Positions 19,451 to 28,507 of a stretch of 64,000 bases of DNA are shown piece after piece (within the stretch, counting starts at the first letter, position 1; each line of letters begins with the position of its first letter). A model generated the notes under the pieces. It ran no database searches. It was not told the DNA's origin and worked only from the letters and a program-made list of their open reading frames with translations. The translations under genes and the position numbers were made by a program. This stretch comes from Lancefieldella parvula (lineage in GTDB: Bacteria > Actinomycetota > Coriobacteriia > Coriobacteriales > Atopobiaceae), in the NCBI GenBank assembly GCA_023300185.1, contig CP097092.1:1018115-1082114 (forward strand). The letters are read 5' to 3'.

Positions 19451-19490
19451 ACATCTTAGCGACAAGGCGTTTTTGTGTATGTAACGGTTC

Positions 19491-20240
19491 TTAGGCGAGA
19501 AGAACGTGATGTAGATCTTCTACCGTATCTACAATTGCAACCGCTCCCGCATCAATAAGCTCCTGTTTATTGGTAGTTTTGCCATACAGAACGCCAATGC
19601 ACGGAATCTTATTTGGGAATGCTGCTTCCATATCAAAACGACGGTCGCCAATCATGACGCTTTCAGAAGCTTCAAAGCCAAGCTGGCGCATAACGTGAGC
19701 AATAGCAGAGATTTTATCAGTTGCTGCCTCATCTATTCTTCCAGCATAGGTATCAAGAACACCAATAAGGTTGTTGTCCCTAAGGCCCATCTCTAGCATG
19801 GGCTGATTCTTTGAGCTTGCTACCGCAACCTTTTTACCGGCGGCATGAAGGTCATCAATGAGGTCTCTCATTCCCTCAAAGAGTGGCCATTTTCCTGTAG
19901 TTACATAAAGCTCTCGGTAACGCTTAGTAACCGCAGCAGCGTCCTCATGGCTGAGTCCAAAGACCAGCTCAAACGCATAAGGAAACGGTGGTCCTACAAG
20001 CTTTTTAAGGTCTGATTCTATAAAGTCTGTGTGACCGCAGTCTGTCATTGCCATCTTCGCGGTAGAAACAATGGTGGGCAACGTGTCTGCCATAGTCCCA
20101 TCAAAATCAAAAATAATAAGCGAACGATTCTGCAGATCTGAAATTACATCAGAAGCTACCAGCGATTTATTTGTATCAGTTGCGTTTTGCATTATTGCCA
20201 TGTCAATCCAATCATCTACGTATGTGAGTATACCGTTCAT
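19491..20240 (-). CDS. HAD-IA family hydrolase (phosphatase)
   Basis: Motif I IIFDFDGTMAD; motifs II-IV present; the start may be an internal Met. Confidence 0.7.
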   Translation of the reverse strand: MNGILTYVDDWIDMAIMQNATDTNKSLVASDVISDLQNRSLIIFDFDGTMADTLPTIVSTAKMAMTDCGHTDFIESDLKKLVGPPFPYAFELVFGLSHEDAAAVTKRYRELYVTTGKWPLFEGMRDLIDDLHAAGKKVAVASSKNQPMLEMGLRDNNLIGVLDTYAGRIDEAATDKISAIAHVMRQLGFEASESVMIGDRRFDMEAAFPNKIPCIGVLYGKTTNKQELIDAGAVAIVDTVEDLHHVLLA

Positions 20241-20372
20241 GGCGCAAAACTAACCAGTCAATGACATTTTCTTCTCGCCTGCCGAATTAACTATTGACAG
20301 CTGAAATGTCGTACACCAGCAAAGGTATATAGTTAACTATAGATGAATCAGTATGCCTAACTTGGGAGGTGT

Positions 20373-22643
20373 ATGATGACTCGTCAGGAAAATAATCCAG
20401 AAGCTAAGCAACCTGGAAGAAACAGGCTTGGAAAACTCTATCCGTCTCTCGTCAATACAGACGTTCTGCCTGATGAGTCTCTAGACGCTGCCCAAAATAA
20501 TCAACATGTTGGTTCTATTGATCAGACTGGTTGGCATACAAAGCTCAATATTGAAGCGCTTTCTCTTACGCTTACAGAGTCCATAACCCCTCTTGAAGTG
20601 CTTAAACATTTTGTAACTACAGCATTTTTGCGTGAAAAAGATTCTCACCGAAAAGGTGGATCTGTTGCCATCCCGCCAAGTGATTTTGAACTGCATCTAG
20701 CCCAGCGACTAAAAGATGCTGGTGTTCTCGATGCGCAAGACATTACTATCCCCTGCCGCGTGGTGCGCCTGCGTACCAATGGCCTCTTTTATCTGCGCGC
20801 TAATCAAAAAACACTTTCCTATGAACAGAAGATTCAGCTCCTTACTATTGAGAGCGCACTGAACACTGCCCTCTTTGCAGAGCGATACTTTCTTGATGCA
20901 AATATGGCATCTGAACTTGACTTACTTGCTTTTGAGCAAAAGATTGTCTCTACCATGATGAAGCAATCTCGCCCCCGTTGTGCCACTACTCAAAGCACCC
21001 AAGAAGACGGCGAGTGGATTGTCCGCAAAGCCATCTCTCTACACATTGAAAGCCTGCGTCTATCTCAGCGTCTTGTCACTGAGTTTAGGACCAACGTACA
21101 CAAGGGAATTGCCGCCTTTAGGGTACACCTGGCCCTTCCAGAGCAGTTCCCAAGAAGCTTTCTTGGCGCAGATGGAAGCATCAAGGAGGCATCCTTTGAT
21201 AACCTCTGTCGTGCAGCCACCGCTTACAACCTACATCTTGGCATGCTCATTTCCGCAAGCGCCTTTAGAAGCTCGCAGAAGATTAACGAGGTCTGGCTGT
21301 CTGGTATTTGCAATACAAACAAACTGCATGCATGTCTTTTCTCGTTCCACATTACTCGCAAGCAATTTGAAGATACAAACATTACAGAAGAGACTAATCC
21401 GCTTTCTGTCTATCAGCTCTGGAACGCGCAAATCGACGAGGCAGATGGCATTCTTCATGCGGTTCATCCACTCTTTACCTTAGATGATGAGATTTTCTGT
21501 CCACCCAGTAGATACGATTTTGTTGAATCGTCTCAAAAACGCCTTGATAGCGTCGCAGCTCACGCACTAGGCACCGATGAAGTGTCGGGGCTTTCTATTG
21601 ATGAAGGTCAGGCGCGAGAAGAAATTATCACCAAAATTTTGCGCAACCTCTCTTCTTCTACAGAAGAAAACGTCCGCACTATCTTGTCGTATACCGCAAA
21701 CTCCACCGATCCTACGGTGCGAGCTGCAGGAGAACGCGTGGTTTCTCGCTTTATTAAGGGCACGCTTGCAGAAGATGACTTTGAGGCTATTTCAGAAGAA
21801 TTTGTTGACGGAGGCGTTCTTTCCTTGGCGGTCACCAAGGCCCAGCGTCTTATTAGCGAGAAAAACTATCAAGACGCAGAACTGCTCCTACGTGAAGCGC
21901 TGGACTCCGTTGATGGCAATAACACCTACACAGATACAACCACCACTCAGTGGCGCGTATTTATGAACTACGTCGATCGAGTGCTCTACAACAGAATTCT
22001 CTCTAATCCCGAGAAAAACACTCGTCTAGCTCCTATGTCTTACTTTGAGGCGCACCTTCTGATATCTATTGCTCAGACGCTCCAGGGACAAACTCAAAAT
22101 GCTCTTCAGCACGCGAGAAGGGCTGTTGAGATTGCTCCTCTTAGCATGAGTGCAAGGCTACACCTCTCCCACTGTCTTGAGGAGTCGCTAGATATTACAG
22201 CTGCGGCAGATGAACTCAAGAAGCTCCTGCTGCTTGCCCATGACCCCGAGAGTATTGGGTTTGGCTATTACCGCATGGCATTCTTCCAGTGGCGTTTGCG
22301 ACATCTGAAAGCCGCTCAAGCCTGTTATCTGTTTGCCTTGAAGTTCTTACCAGGAGCTACATTTATTATTGGCACCGAGACAGCAATTCTCGCGCAAAGT
22401 GAGCCTGAGTTTAGCTGCGAAGATATGAACGATGATGAGATTTACGCCACGCTCATAGAAAATCAAATTCCTGTTGCTCCAACAGATGAGGTCTCTACTA
22501 TTTTCTTGGATGGTACGCGAGCCTCGCTTGATGCAGAGCTCTTTAGTGTTGCCAAGAATTTCATGATGAACCTAGGAATTATGACGAAAGACGATGTCTA
22601 CTTTGACATGCTCAACTCCATTGAAGGAGAGCCTGATAGATAA
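20373..22643 (+). CDS. large uncharacterized protein (756 aa) with C-terminal TPR-like helical repeats
   Basis: Long ORF with a plausible RBS (ggaggtgtatgATG). No recognisable catalytic motif. The C-terminal third is helical-repeat-like. Confidence 0.55.
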   Translation: MMTRQENNPEAKQPGRNRLGKLYPSLVNTDVLPDESLDAAQNNQHVGSIDQTGWHTKLNIEALSLTLTESITPLEVLKHFVTTAFLREKDSHRKGGSVAIPPSDFELHLAQRLKDAGVLDAQDITIPCRVVRLRTNGLFYLRANQKTLSYEQKIQLLTIESALNTALFAERYFLDANMASELDLLAFEQKIVSTMMKQSRPRCATTQSTQEDGEWIVRKAISLHIESLRLSQRLVTEFRTNVHKGIAAFRVHLALPEQFPRSFLGADGSIKEASFDNLCRAATAYNLHLGMLISASAFRSSQKINEVWLSGICNTNKLHACLFSFHITRKQFEDTNITEETNPLSVYQLWNAQIDEADGILHAVHPLFTLDDEIFCPPSRYDFVESSQKRLDSVAAHALGTDEVSGLSIDEGQAREEIITKILRNLSSSTEENVRTILSYTANSTDPTVRAAGERVVSRFIKGTLAEDDFEAISEEFVDGGVLSLAVTKAQRLISEKNYQDAELLLREALDSVDGNNTYTDTTTTQWRVFMNYVDRVLYNRILSNPEKNTRLAPMSYFEAHLLISIAQTLQGQTQNALQHARRAVEIAPLSMSARLHLSHCLEESLDITAAADELKKLLLLAHDPESIGFGYYRMAFFQWRLRHLKAAQACYLFALKFLPGATFIIGTETAILAQSEPEFSCEDMNDDEIYATLIENQIPVAPTDEVSTIFLDGTRASLDAELFSVAKNFMMNLGIMTKDDVYFDMLNSIEGEPDR

Positions 22644-22730
22644 GATAGCTCAACTCAAACTCACAGAGAATTGGCATAAATAAGGAGTTCCGATTTCTCG
22701 GAACTCCTTTTGCATAATGTGCTGTGGCTT

Positions 22731-25376
22731 TTACAGCTCATTCATTACGCGAACAAGCTTTACAGCATAGTTCTTATCCATTGCCCACGTTCCAGCAAGT
22801 TTACGAATAATGTTGGCTTTCTTAGCAAGAATCCATGCTCCGTAACGAGGGTCAACCTCTTGAGCCTTGCTTGGATCAACGGTCAGTGGCTCATAACCTG
22901 CGTATGCACGAAGGTGCAAAGCCTGTGCACGTAGTCCCTTAAGAACGGTATCAAATGAGAGTCCGCGCGCTCCGTTTCCAGTTGCACCAAGACCACCAAA
23001 GTTGCACTGCTCAGGAAGGACATCGCCACCAAAGCGAAGGTTACCTGTCTCAATCATGACCTGTGCATAGAGAAGTTCTGGACGAACTCCCTCGTCAATT
23101 GCAGCCTGCCATAGCTGGTTTACAAAATCGGTTCCTGTTGCAGCGCCCTTCTCGGCATAGACAGCTGGATAAGCAGAACCTACGCGCTTGTTGAAATCTC
23201 GCTGAAGATCCTCTTTAGTGACAAGAGGTGCTCCAAGAACGCTGGTGCGATCAGAGAAATTACCACGAGTTGGCTCAATTGGAGAACCGTCATCAGCTGG
23301 AGTGTTGTTAGCGTCTCTGTTATCTCCGCCATTACCACCGTTGTTGTTATCTGCAGACTTGATGTTAAGAACGCCATTTGCATCTGCGTAAGCAACACGA
23401 CCATCAGGAAGAGTGACATTTTGAGAGCGCAACAATCCATTACTCTGGTCGAAGTAATAGTATGAGCCGTTAATTACCTGAAGACCAAAGAGAGCACCGT
23501 GCTCTTTTGTATTTGGATCAAAGTACCATGTCTTGCCATTTGGAGTATTAAACCAACCAGAAACAAGAGCACCATTAGATTGAGCCCAAGCCCAGACATT
23601 ATTAGGCATCTCTACCCAGTCATTAGCCTTCATGCCGCTATTGGCATCAACGTAGTATGAGCCGCTAGCTGTGATAACAAGTCCAGTCTTCATCAGTGGA
23701 TATTCAGCATTCTCATCAAAGTAGAACCACTTGCCGTTAGACATGTACTTCCAGCCAGAGTAAAGAGTACCGTCGTCATTAAGCCAGATCCAATCTCCAT
23801 TAGCAAGATTGACCCAACCGCCGTAAATCAGACCACGATTCTGATCAATGTAGTACTTCTTGTTTCCGTCAGTCATAAGACCAAAGGTAGCGTGATAGCT
23901 GTTGTTAGCATCAAAGTAGAACCACTTGCCATTTGGCATGTACTTCCAACCTGCGTGCAGAGAGCCATCTCCTGTCGCCCAAGACCAAGAATCATCAGCC
24001 TGGTGGACCCAGGAATTCTTTGCCATTCCATTAGTCTCATCAAAGTAATAAGACTTACCTGAAATGGTCCTCTGGCCAAGAGCGGCAGCGTTATGAGGTG
24101 CAGTTGCGTCAAAGTACCAAACTTTACCATTTGGCGTAGTAAACCAGCCAGAAACAGCAATTCCCCTAGCATCAAAATAATGCCAGCCATCATCGTCTTT
24201 AAGCCATCTGCTTACGTAAGCAGTGTCGTTGTCATCAGAATACATCCATCCTTCAGCAGCTCTGCGCCAGCCATAGGATTCTTTAATCTTAGCGTCATAG
24301 TTTGTCTGGCGGGTTACTTCTTGACCATCAGAAGATCTTGCTGTGATATACAGGGTGTAACGGCCGCTAGCAGGAAGTGTAAAGGTAGATGAAGTTGCCG
24401 TAGTGTTAGATGCAACCGTTACCTTTGTTCCATCTGGACCAACATAGCTGTAAGTAAATGTTGCGTCAGTAACTACGCCAGTAAGAACTGGCTTTAAAGT
24501 GACATCGTTATCCTTTTGAGCTACTGAAACACTACTCATGCTCCACCAGGTATCAGAGCTGTACATTTCCCAAATTGCCCATGCATCTGCCCAGCCAATG
24601 TAGTCAACCTTGGAATTATCGCCAAGGTCTTTAAACTCAGCAGCATGTGCTGGATTAGAGATGAATTGATGCTCAATAATTACGCCAAGAATTCCCTTTT
24701 GACGAGCATAGCGGACAATACCGTAATAATCGGACTCATCGCCATTCTCGTAATAGTCTGTTCCGTATTGGTCGTTGTAGCCACGTTCTGTTGCGCCATC
24801 ACCGCGGGTAACAATACCAACTTTATTTCTGAGGTAATAGTTAACCTTGCCGGCAAAAACTTGACCGGAGAGATAAAGATCATAGTTGTAGCTTACCTTA
24901 TGAGGAACAAGTACCTCTGAGCCCGTCGCAGATGCAGGGCCGGCATTGTAGTGAAGCGAGATGATGGCACAAGCGTTTGCATCAACAGCACGCTGTACGC
25001 GCGTCTTGATCGATGGATCCTCGTGTTCTCCACGAACAACAACAACCTGTACACCCCATTTTTCCAGATACTTCTTGGCGTACATGGCAGTTGCCCAAGC
25101 CAGATCTCCCTCTTTGAGCCCAAAGTAGGTAGCACCTGGATCTCTGCCTTCAAGGCCATCACTGTGACCTGGGTCAAGCGCAATAGGTCTGCCAGTTGCA
25201 CGAGCAAGTGCTACGGCATCTTTTAGTGATTCACTCTGGATAATGTTTCCTTGGGCATCCATTGTGGTGTAGGTAGTTGCATATGCGCTTTGAACTGTTG
25301 TTGCAAACAATGCTGCGACAACAAAGAACAAAACAGCAAGCAATTTACCGCGAGTATTAAATAAGCTGCGTTTCAT
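22731..25376 (-). CDS. secreted bifunctional peptidoglycan hydrolase: N-terminal N-acetylmuramoyl-L-alanine amidase (Amidase_3), cell-wall-binding repeats, C-terminal glucosaminidase domain
   Basis: Signal peptide MKRSLFNTRGKLLAVLFFVVAALFATTVQSAYA. Amidase_3-like IALDPGH...DPGATY block. At least 10 copies of the approximately 20-aa repeat GWKYMPNGKWFYFD / SGWFTTPNGKVWYFD. G/N-rich linker. C-terminal YAQVMIETGNLRFGG...NFGGLGATG block (mannosyl-glycoprotein endo-beta-N-acetylglucosaminidase family). Confidence 0.75.
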   Translation of the reverse strand: MKRSLFNTRGKLLAVLFFVVAALFATTVQSAYATTYTTMDAQGNIIQSESLKDAVALARATGRPIALDPGHSDGLEGRDPGATYFGLKEGDLAWATAMYAKKYLEKWGVQVVVVRGEHEDPSIKTRVQRAVDANACAIISLHYNAGPASATGSEVLVPHKVSYNYDLYLSGQVFAGKVNYYLRNKVGIVTRGDGATERGYNDQYGTDYYENGDESDYYGIVRYARQKGILGVIIEHQFISNPAHAAEFKDLGDNSKVDYIGWADAWAIWEMYSSDTWWSMSSVSVAQKDNDVTLKPVLTGVVTDATFTYSYVGPDGTKVTVASNTTATSSTFTLPASGRYTLYITARSSDGQEVTRQTNYDAKIKESYGWRRAAEGWMYSDDNDTAYVSRWLKDDDGWHYFDARGIAVSGWFTTPNGKVWYFDATAPHNAAALGQRTISGKSYYFDETNGMAKNSWVHQADDSWSWATGDGSLHAGWKYMPNGKWFYFDANNSYHATFGLMTDGNKKYYIDQNRGLIYGGWVNLANGDWIWLNDDGTLYSGWKYMSNGKWFYFDENAEYPLMKTGLVITASGSYYVDANSGMKANDWVEMPNNVWAWAQSNGALVSGWFNTPNGKTWYFDPNTKEHGALFGLQVINGSYYYFDQSNGLLRSQNVTLPDGRVAYADANGVLNIKSADNNNGGNGGDNRDANNTPADDGSPIEPTRGNFSDRTSVLGAPLVTKEDLQRDFNKRVGSAYPAVYAEKGAATGTDFVNQLWQAAIDEGVRPELLYAQVMIETGNLRFGGDVLPEQCNFGGLGATGNGARGLSFDTVLKGLRAQALHLRAYAGYEPLTVDPSKAQEVDPRYGAWILAKKANIIRKLAGTWAMDKNYAVKLVRVMNEL

Positions 25377-25489
25377 GCGGTCCTCCGAAAAGTATTGGTT
25401 TACTCCTCTTCATACTTGCTAAAAGTTTACACTAGACTGGCACGTTAACAATAAAAAACACAAGCTCACCGCAACTTGATTGGAACTCT

Positions 25490-26152
25490 GTGATTTTCTC
25501 GACACTAGAAGATATTCTTGCAACAGATTTTGAAGCAGCAATCTTTGATTTTGATGGCACTATTGCTCACACGCATCATATTTGGAAGCTTGTTGACCAG
25601 GAGTTTTTTGAGTCGCGAGGAATCCCTTACACTCCAGAAATTGGCAAGATTCTCTCCCCTCTTGGATTTGAAAGGGGAGCCGAATGGGCAATTGCCACCT
25701 ATGGACTAAAGGAAGATCCAGAAAAGATTGTCGCCGAGTGGAAAGAACTCAGTAAAAGCTTCTTTGTAAACTCCGTGCAGCTTCGACCTGGTGTTGTTGA
25801 TTTTATTGGCAAGCTACAAGAAAAAGACATCCCTACTGCATTGGCAACTGTCAACGAGCCGGAGCTTCTTGCTCTTCTTGAGCCTCGTTTACATCTATCC
25901 ACTCTGTTTGATACTCAGGTGTTTGCAGCAGATGTTGGATCTGCAAAAGATGAACCTCATCTGTATCTTGAGGTGCTTAAACGTCTTAATACTACAGCCG
26001 AGAAAACAATTCTGTTTGAAGACATTCCACTGGCTCTTCAGACAGGAAATTCTGTTGGCCTTATCACCTGTGCTGTTAATTGTGATGATGAGCATCAAGA
26101 TATCGAGAAACTCTCTGAACTTGCTGATTTTACCATTAAGCATTGGTATTAA
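25490..26152 (+). CDS. HAD-IA family hydrolase (beta-phosphoglucomutase-like)
   Basis: Motif I AIFDFDGTIAHT and conserved downstream motifs. Confidence 0.7.
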   Translation: MIFSTLEDILATDFEAAIFDFDGTIAHTHHIWKLVDQEFFESRGIPYTPEIGKILSPLGFERGAEWAIATYGLKEDPEKIVAEWKELSKSFFVNSVQLRPGVVDFIGKLQEKDIPTALATVNEPELLALLEPRLHLSTLFDTQVFAADVGSAKDEPHLYLEVLKRLNTTAEKTILFEDIPLALQTGNSVGLITCAVNCDDEHQDIEKLSELADFTIKHWY

Positions 26153-26239
26153 AGCTCTTGGTTACTGTAACTGTAAAAATAGCGATGTAACAAAAAAGGA
26201 GACCCGAAGGTCTCCTTTTGATGGTAGTGTTCGCAAGTA

Positions 26240-26443
26240 CTAGATCTTGTGGACGCTAGAAGCCTGGAGCTTACCGTTCTGGCCGGTGGTAATCTCAAAC
26301 TCGACAGGCTGACCCTCATCGAGAGTCTTGAAACCGTCCATCTGAATCTCGGAGAAGTGTACGAACAGATCGTCGCCATCCTCACGAGAGATGAAGCCGT
26401 AACCCTTGTCTGGATTAAACCACTTTACAGTACCCTGAGCCAT
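26240..26443 (-). CDS. cspA: cold-shock protein (CspA family)
   Basis: [33 protein letters not shown]... with RNP1/RNP2 motifs; 67 aa from the internal Met; long AT-rich 5' leader upstream. Confidence 0.85.
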   Translation of the reverse strand: MAQGTVKWFNPDKGYGFISREDGDDLFVHFSEIQMDGFKTLDEGQPVEFEITTGQNGKLQASSVHKI

Positions 26444-26782
26444 TTCGTGCCTTTCTTTCTTAGCCCCGCAGGGCAAAACTGCGCCTGTGGAGCGCGATAC
26501 CGTGACGTTTCGCCACGTGGAATATAATAACCTTAATCAACAACTTATGTGGCGAGAAACCACTCATGGAGATTTTCACACCATCTACCGGAAGAGCCAC
26601 AGGTAATCAAGCTGTTTTCCAGCATTTATTTATGGATATATCTGCTATTAAACGATTTTTATCTCATTAGTTGAGCATTTTTTCATAGAAGATAGAGAAT
26701 TTGTATAGGATTAATTTACGGGAACAATAACAGACATATCAAACTATTATTTATATAGAAAGTTATCCCTTCAAAAAAGGAT

Positions 26783-28507
26783 ATGCCCATGAAAAAGAAG
26801 ACATGTTTGTCCAGCAGGCCTTCAATGCAAAAGCTCATTGCAGTTGCTTCGTTGAGTGCAGCTCTACTTTGCGGACTTCACGCTACTCCTGCTCTTGCAG
26901 AAACTACTGATACATCCACAGTAAGTGCTCCTGAATCAACTTCTAAATCCTATTATCCAAAGTGGAAAAAAGTTGATGGAAAGGTATATTTTTATACTGA
27001 AGATGGAACTATTCTAAAAAGTCAGTGGATTACTTATGACAGTCATCAATATTATGTAGATGAAACAGGTGCAGCAGCATCTGGTTTCTATACTACACCT
27101 GATGGCAAAACCTGGTATTTTGAGCCAGAGACATGGCTACCGCACGCTAGATATGGCTTATTTTATATTCTCGAAAATAAAAATACTCCTAATTATCACT
27201 ACACTTACTACTACGTAGATAAAGATAACGGCTTGATTAAAAACAATTGGGTTAAAACAGATAAAGGTTGGAGCTGGGCCGGAGCTGATGGACGTTTTAC
27301 TGAAGGATGGTTTACTGATCCTAATGGTATAATCTGGTATTTTACTGGTAAAACTGATTCGGATGTTCCGGTTATTGCTAAATCAGTTCCGGTCGATGGA
27401 AAGCTGTACTTCTTTGATACTTCGACAGGACTTTTACGAAATTCTTGGGTAAATATGGGTCACGGTGTAGAAGCTTGGTACTGGGCTGGTCCAGATGGCG
27501 CTGCTATCTCTGGCTGGTTTAAAACTCCAGATGGCAAAACTTGGTATGCCGACCCAGAAGATTACAATCGAGTAGTAATGGGCGGAATAGATATTGATGG
27601 TAAATATTATTTCTTTGATCACAGTAATGGCCTTGTTACCCATGGTTGGATTGAGGATGATGGTGAATGGGCTTGGATTGAAACAGTAGGCTCTGTTTAT
27701 TCTGGCTGGAAACACATGCCTAATGGTAAGTGGTTCTACTTTGATGAAAATGGAGAATTTCCTCTGCTTAAGAAAGGTGTCTTCACTATTTCCAGCGGAA
27801 CTTATTACGTTGACGCAAATCAAGGAATGACCGCTAACAATTGGGTACAGCTCCCTAATGGTGGTTGGGCTTGGGCACAGTCGAGTGGTGCATTTGCCTC
27901 TGGTTGGTACACCACTCCAAATGGCAAAACTTGGTATTTTGATCCATCAGATCCGCAGCATCCTGCACTTATTGGAGACGCTGAAATTAACGGTCAATCA
28001 TATTATTTTGATTCAGGCTATGGTCTTCTGAAAAATGGATGGGTTCATAGAGCTGATGGTTCTTGGTCTTGGGCTGGAGAGAGTGGGGTGCTTCAATCAG
28101 GTTGGAAGCATATGCCTAATGGCAAGTGGTTCTACTTTGATACCAAAGATTCCAAGCACCGTATACTTGTAGGTGTCATCCAAACTTCTAGTGGAACTTA
28201 TTATATTGATGAGTCTGCTGGAATGACTGCTAATAATTGGGTACAGCTCCCAGAAGGCGGTTGGGCTTGGGCACAGTCAAGTGGCGCATTTGCTTCTGGT
28301 TGGTTCACCACACCAAATGGAAAAACTTGGTACTTTGATCCAGCAAAACCAAGCCATCCTGCTTATACTGGAGAACACACTATTGATGGTAAAGACTATT
28401 ACTTTGACGCAGGATATGGTCTTGCTCGCAATCAATGGATTACCCGTTCCGATGGCGTAAGACGCTGGGCTGGACCAGACGGTGTACTTACTGAATACAA
28501 GCGCTAA
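26783..28507 (+). CDS. secreted protein composed of cell-wall-binding (YG/GW choline-binding-type) repeats
   Basis: Signal peptide ...LIAVASLSAALLCGLHATPALA, then at least 14 repeats such as SGWKHMPNGKWFYFD and SGWYTTPNGKTWYFD. No obvious catalytic domain. Confidence 0.7.
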   Translation: MPMKKKTCLSSRPSMQKLIAVASLSAALLCGLHATPALAETTDTSTVSAPESTSKSYYPKWKKVDGKVYFYTEDGTILKSQWITYDSHQYYVDETGAAASGFYTTPDGKTWYFEPETWLPHARYGLFYILENKNTPNYHYTYYYVDKDNGLIKNNWVKTDKGWSWAGADGRFTEGWFTDPNGIIWYFTGKTDSDVPVIAKSVPVDGKLYFFDTSTGLLRNSWVNMGHGVEAWYWAGPDGAAISGWFKTPDGKTWYADPEDYNRVVMGGIDIDGKYYFFDHSNGLVTHGWIEDDGEWAWIETVGSVYSGWKHMPNGKWFYFDENGEFPLLKKGVFTISSGTYYVDANQGMTANNWVQLPNGGWAWAQSSGAFASGWYTTPNGKTWYFDPSDPQHPALIGDAEINGQSYYFDSGYGLLKNGWVHRADGSWSWAGESGVLQSGWKHMPNGKWFYFDTKDSKHRILVGVIQTSSGTYYIDESAGMTANNWVQLPEGGWAWAQSSGAFASGWFTTPNGKTWYFDPAKPSHPAYTGEHTIDGKDYYFDAGYGLARNQWITRSDGVRRWAGPDGVLTEYKR

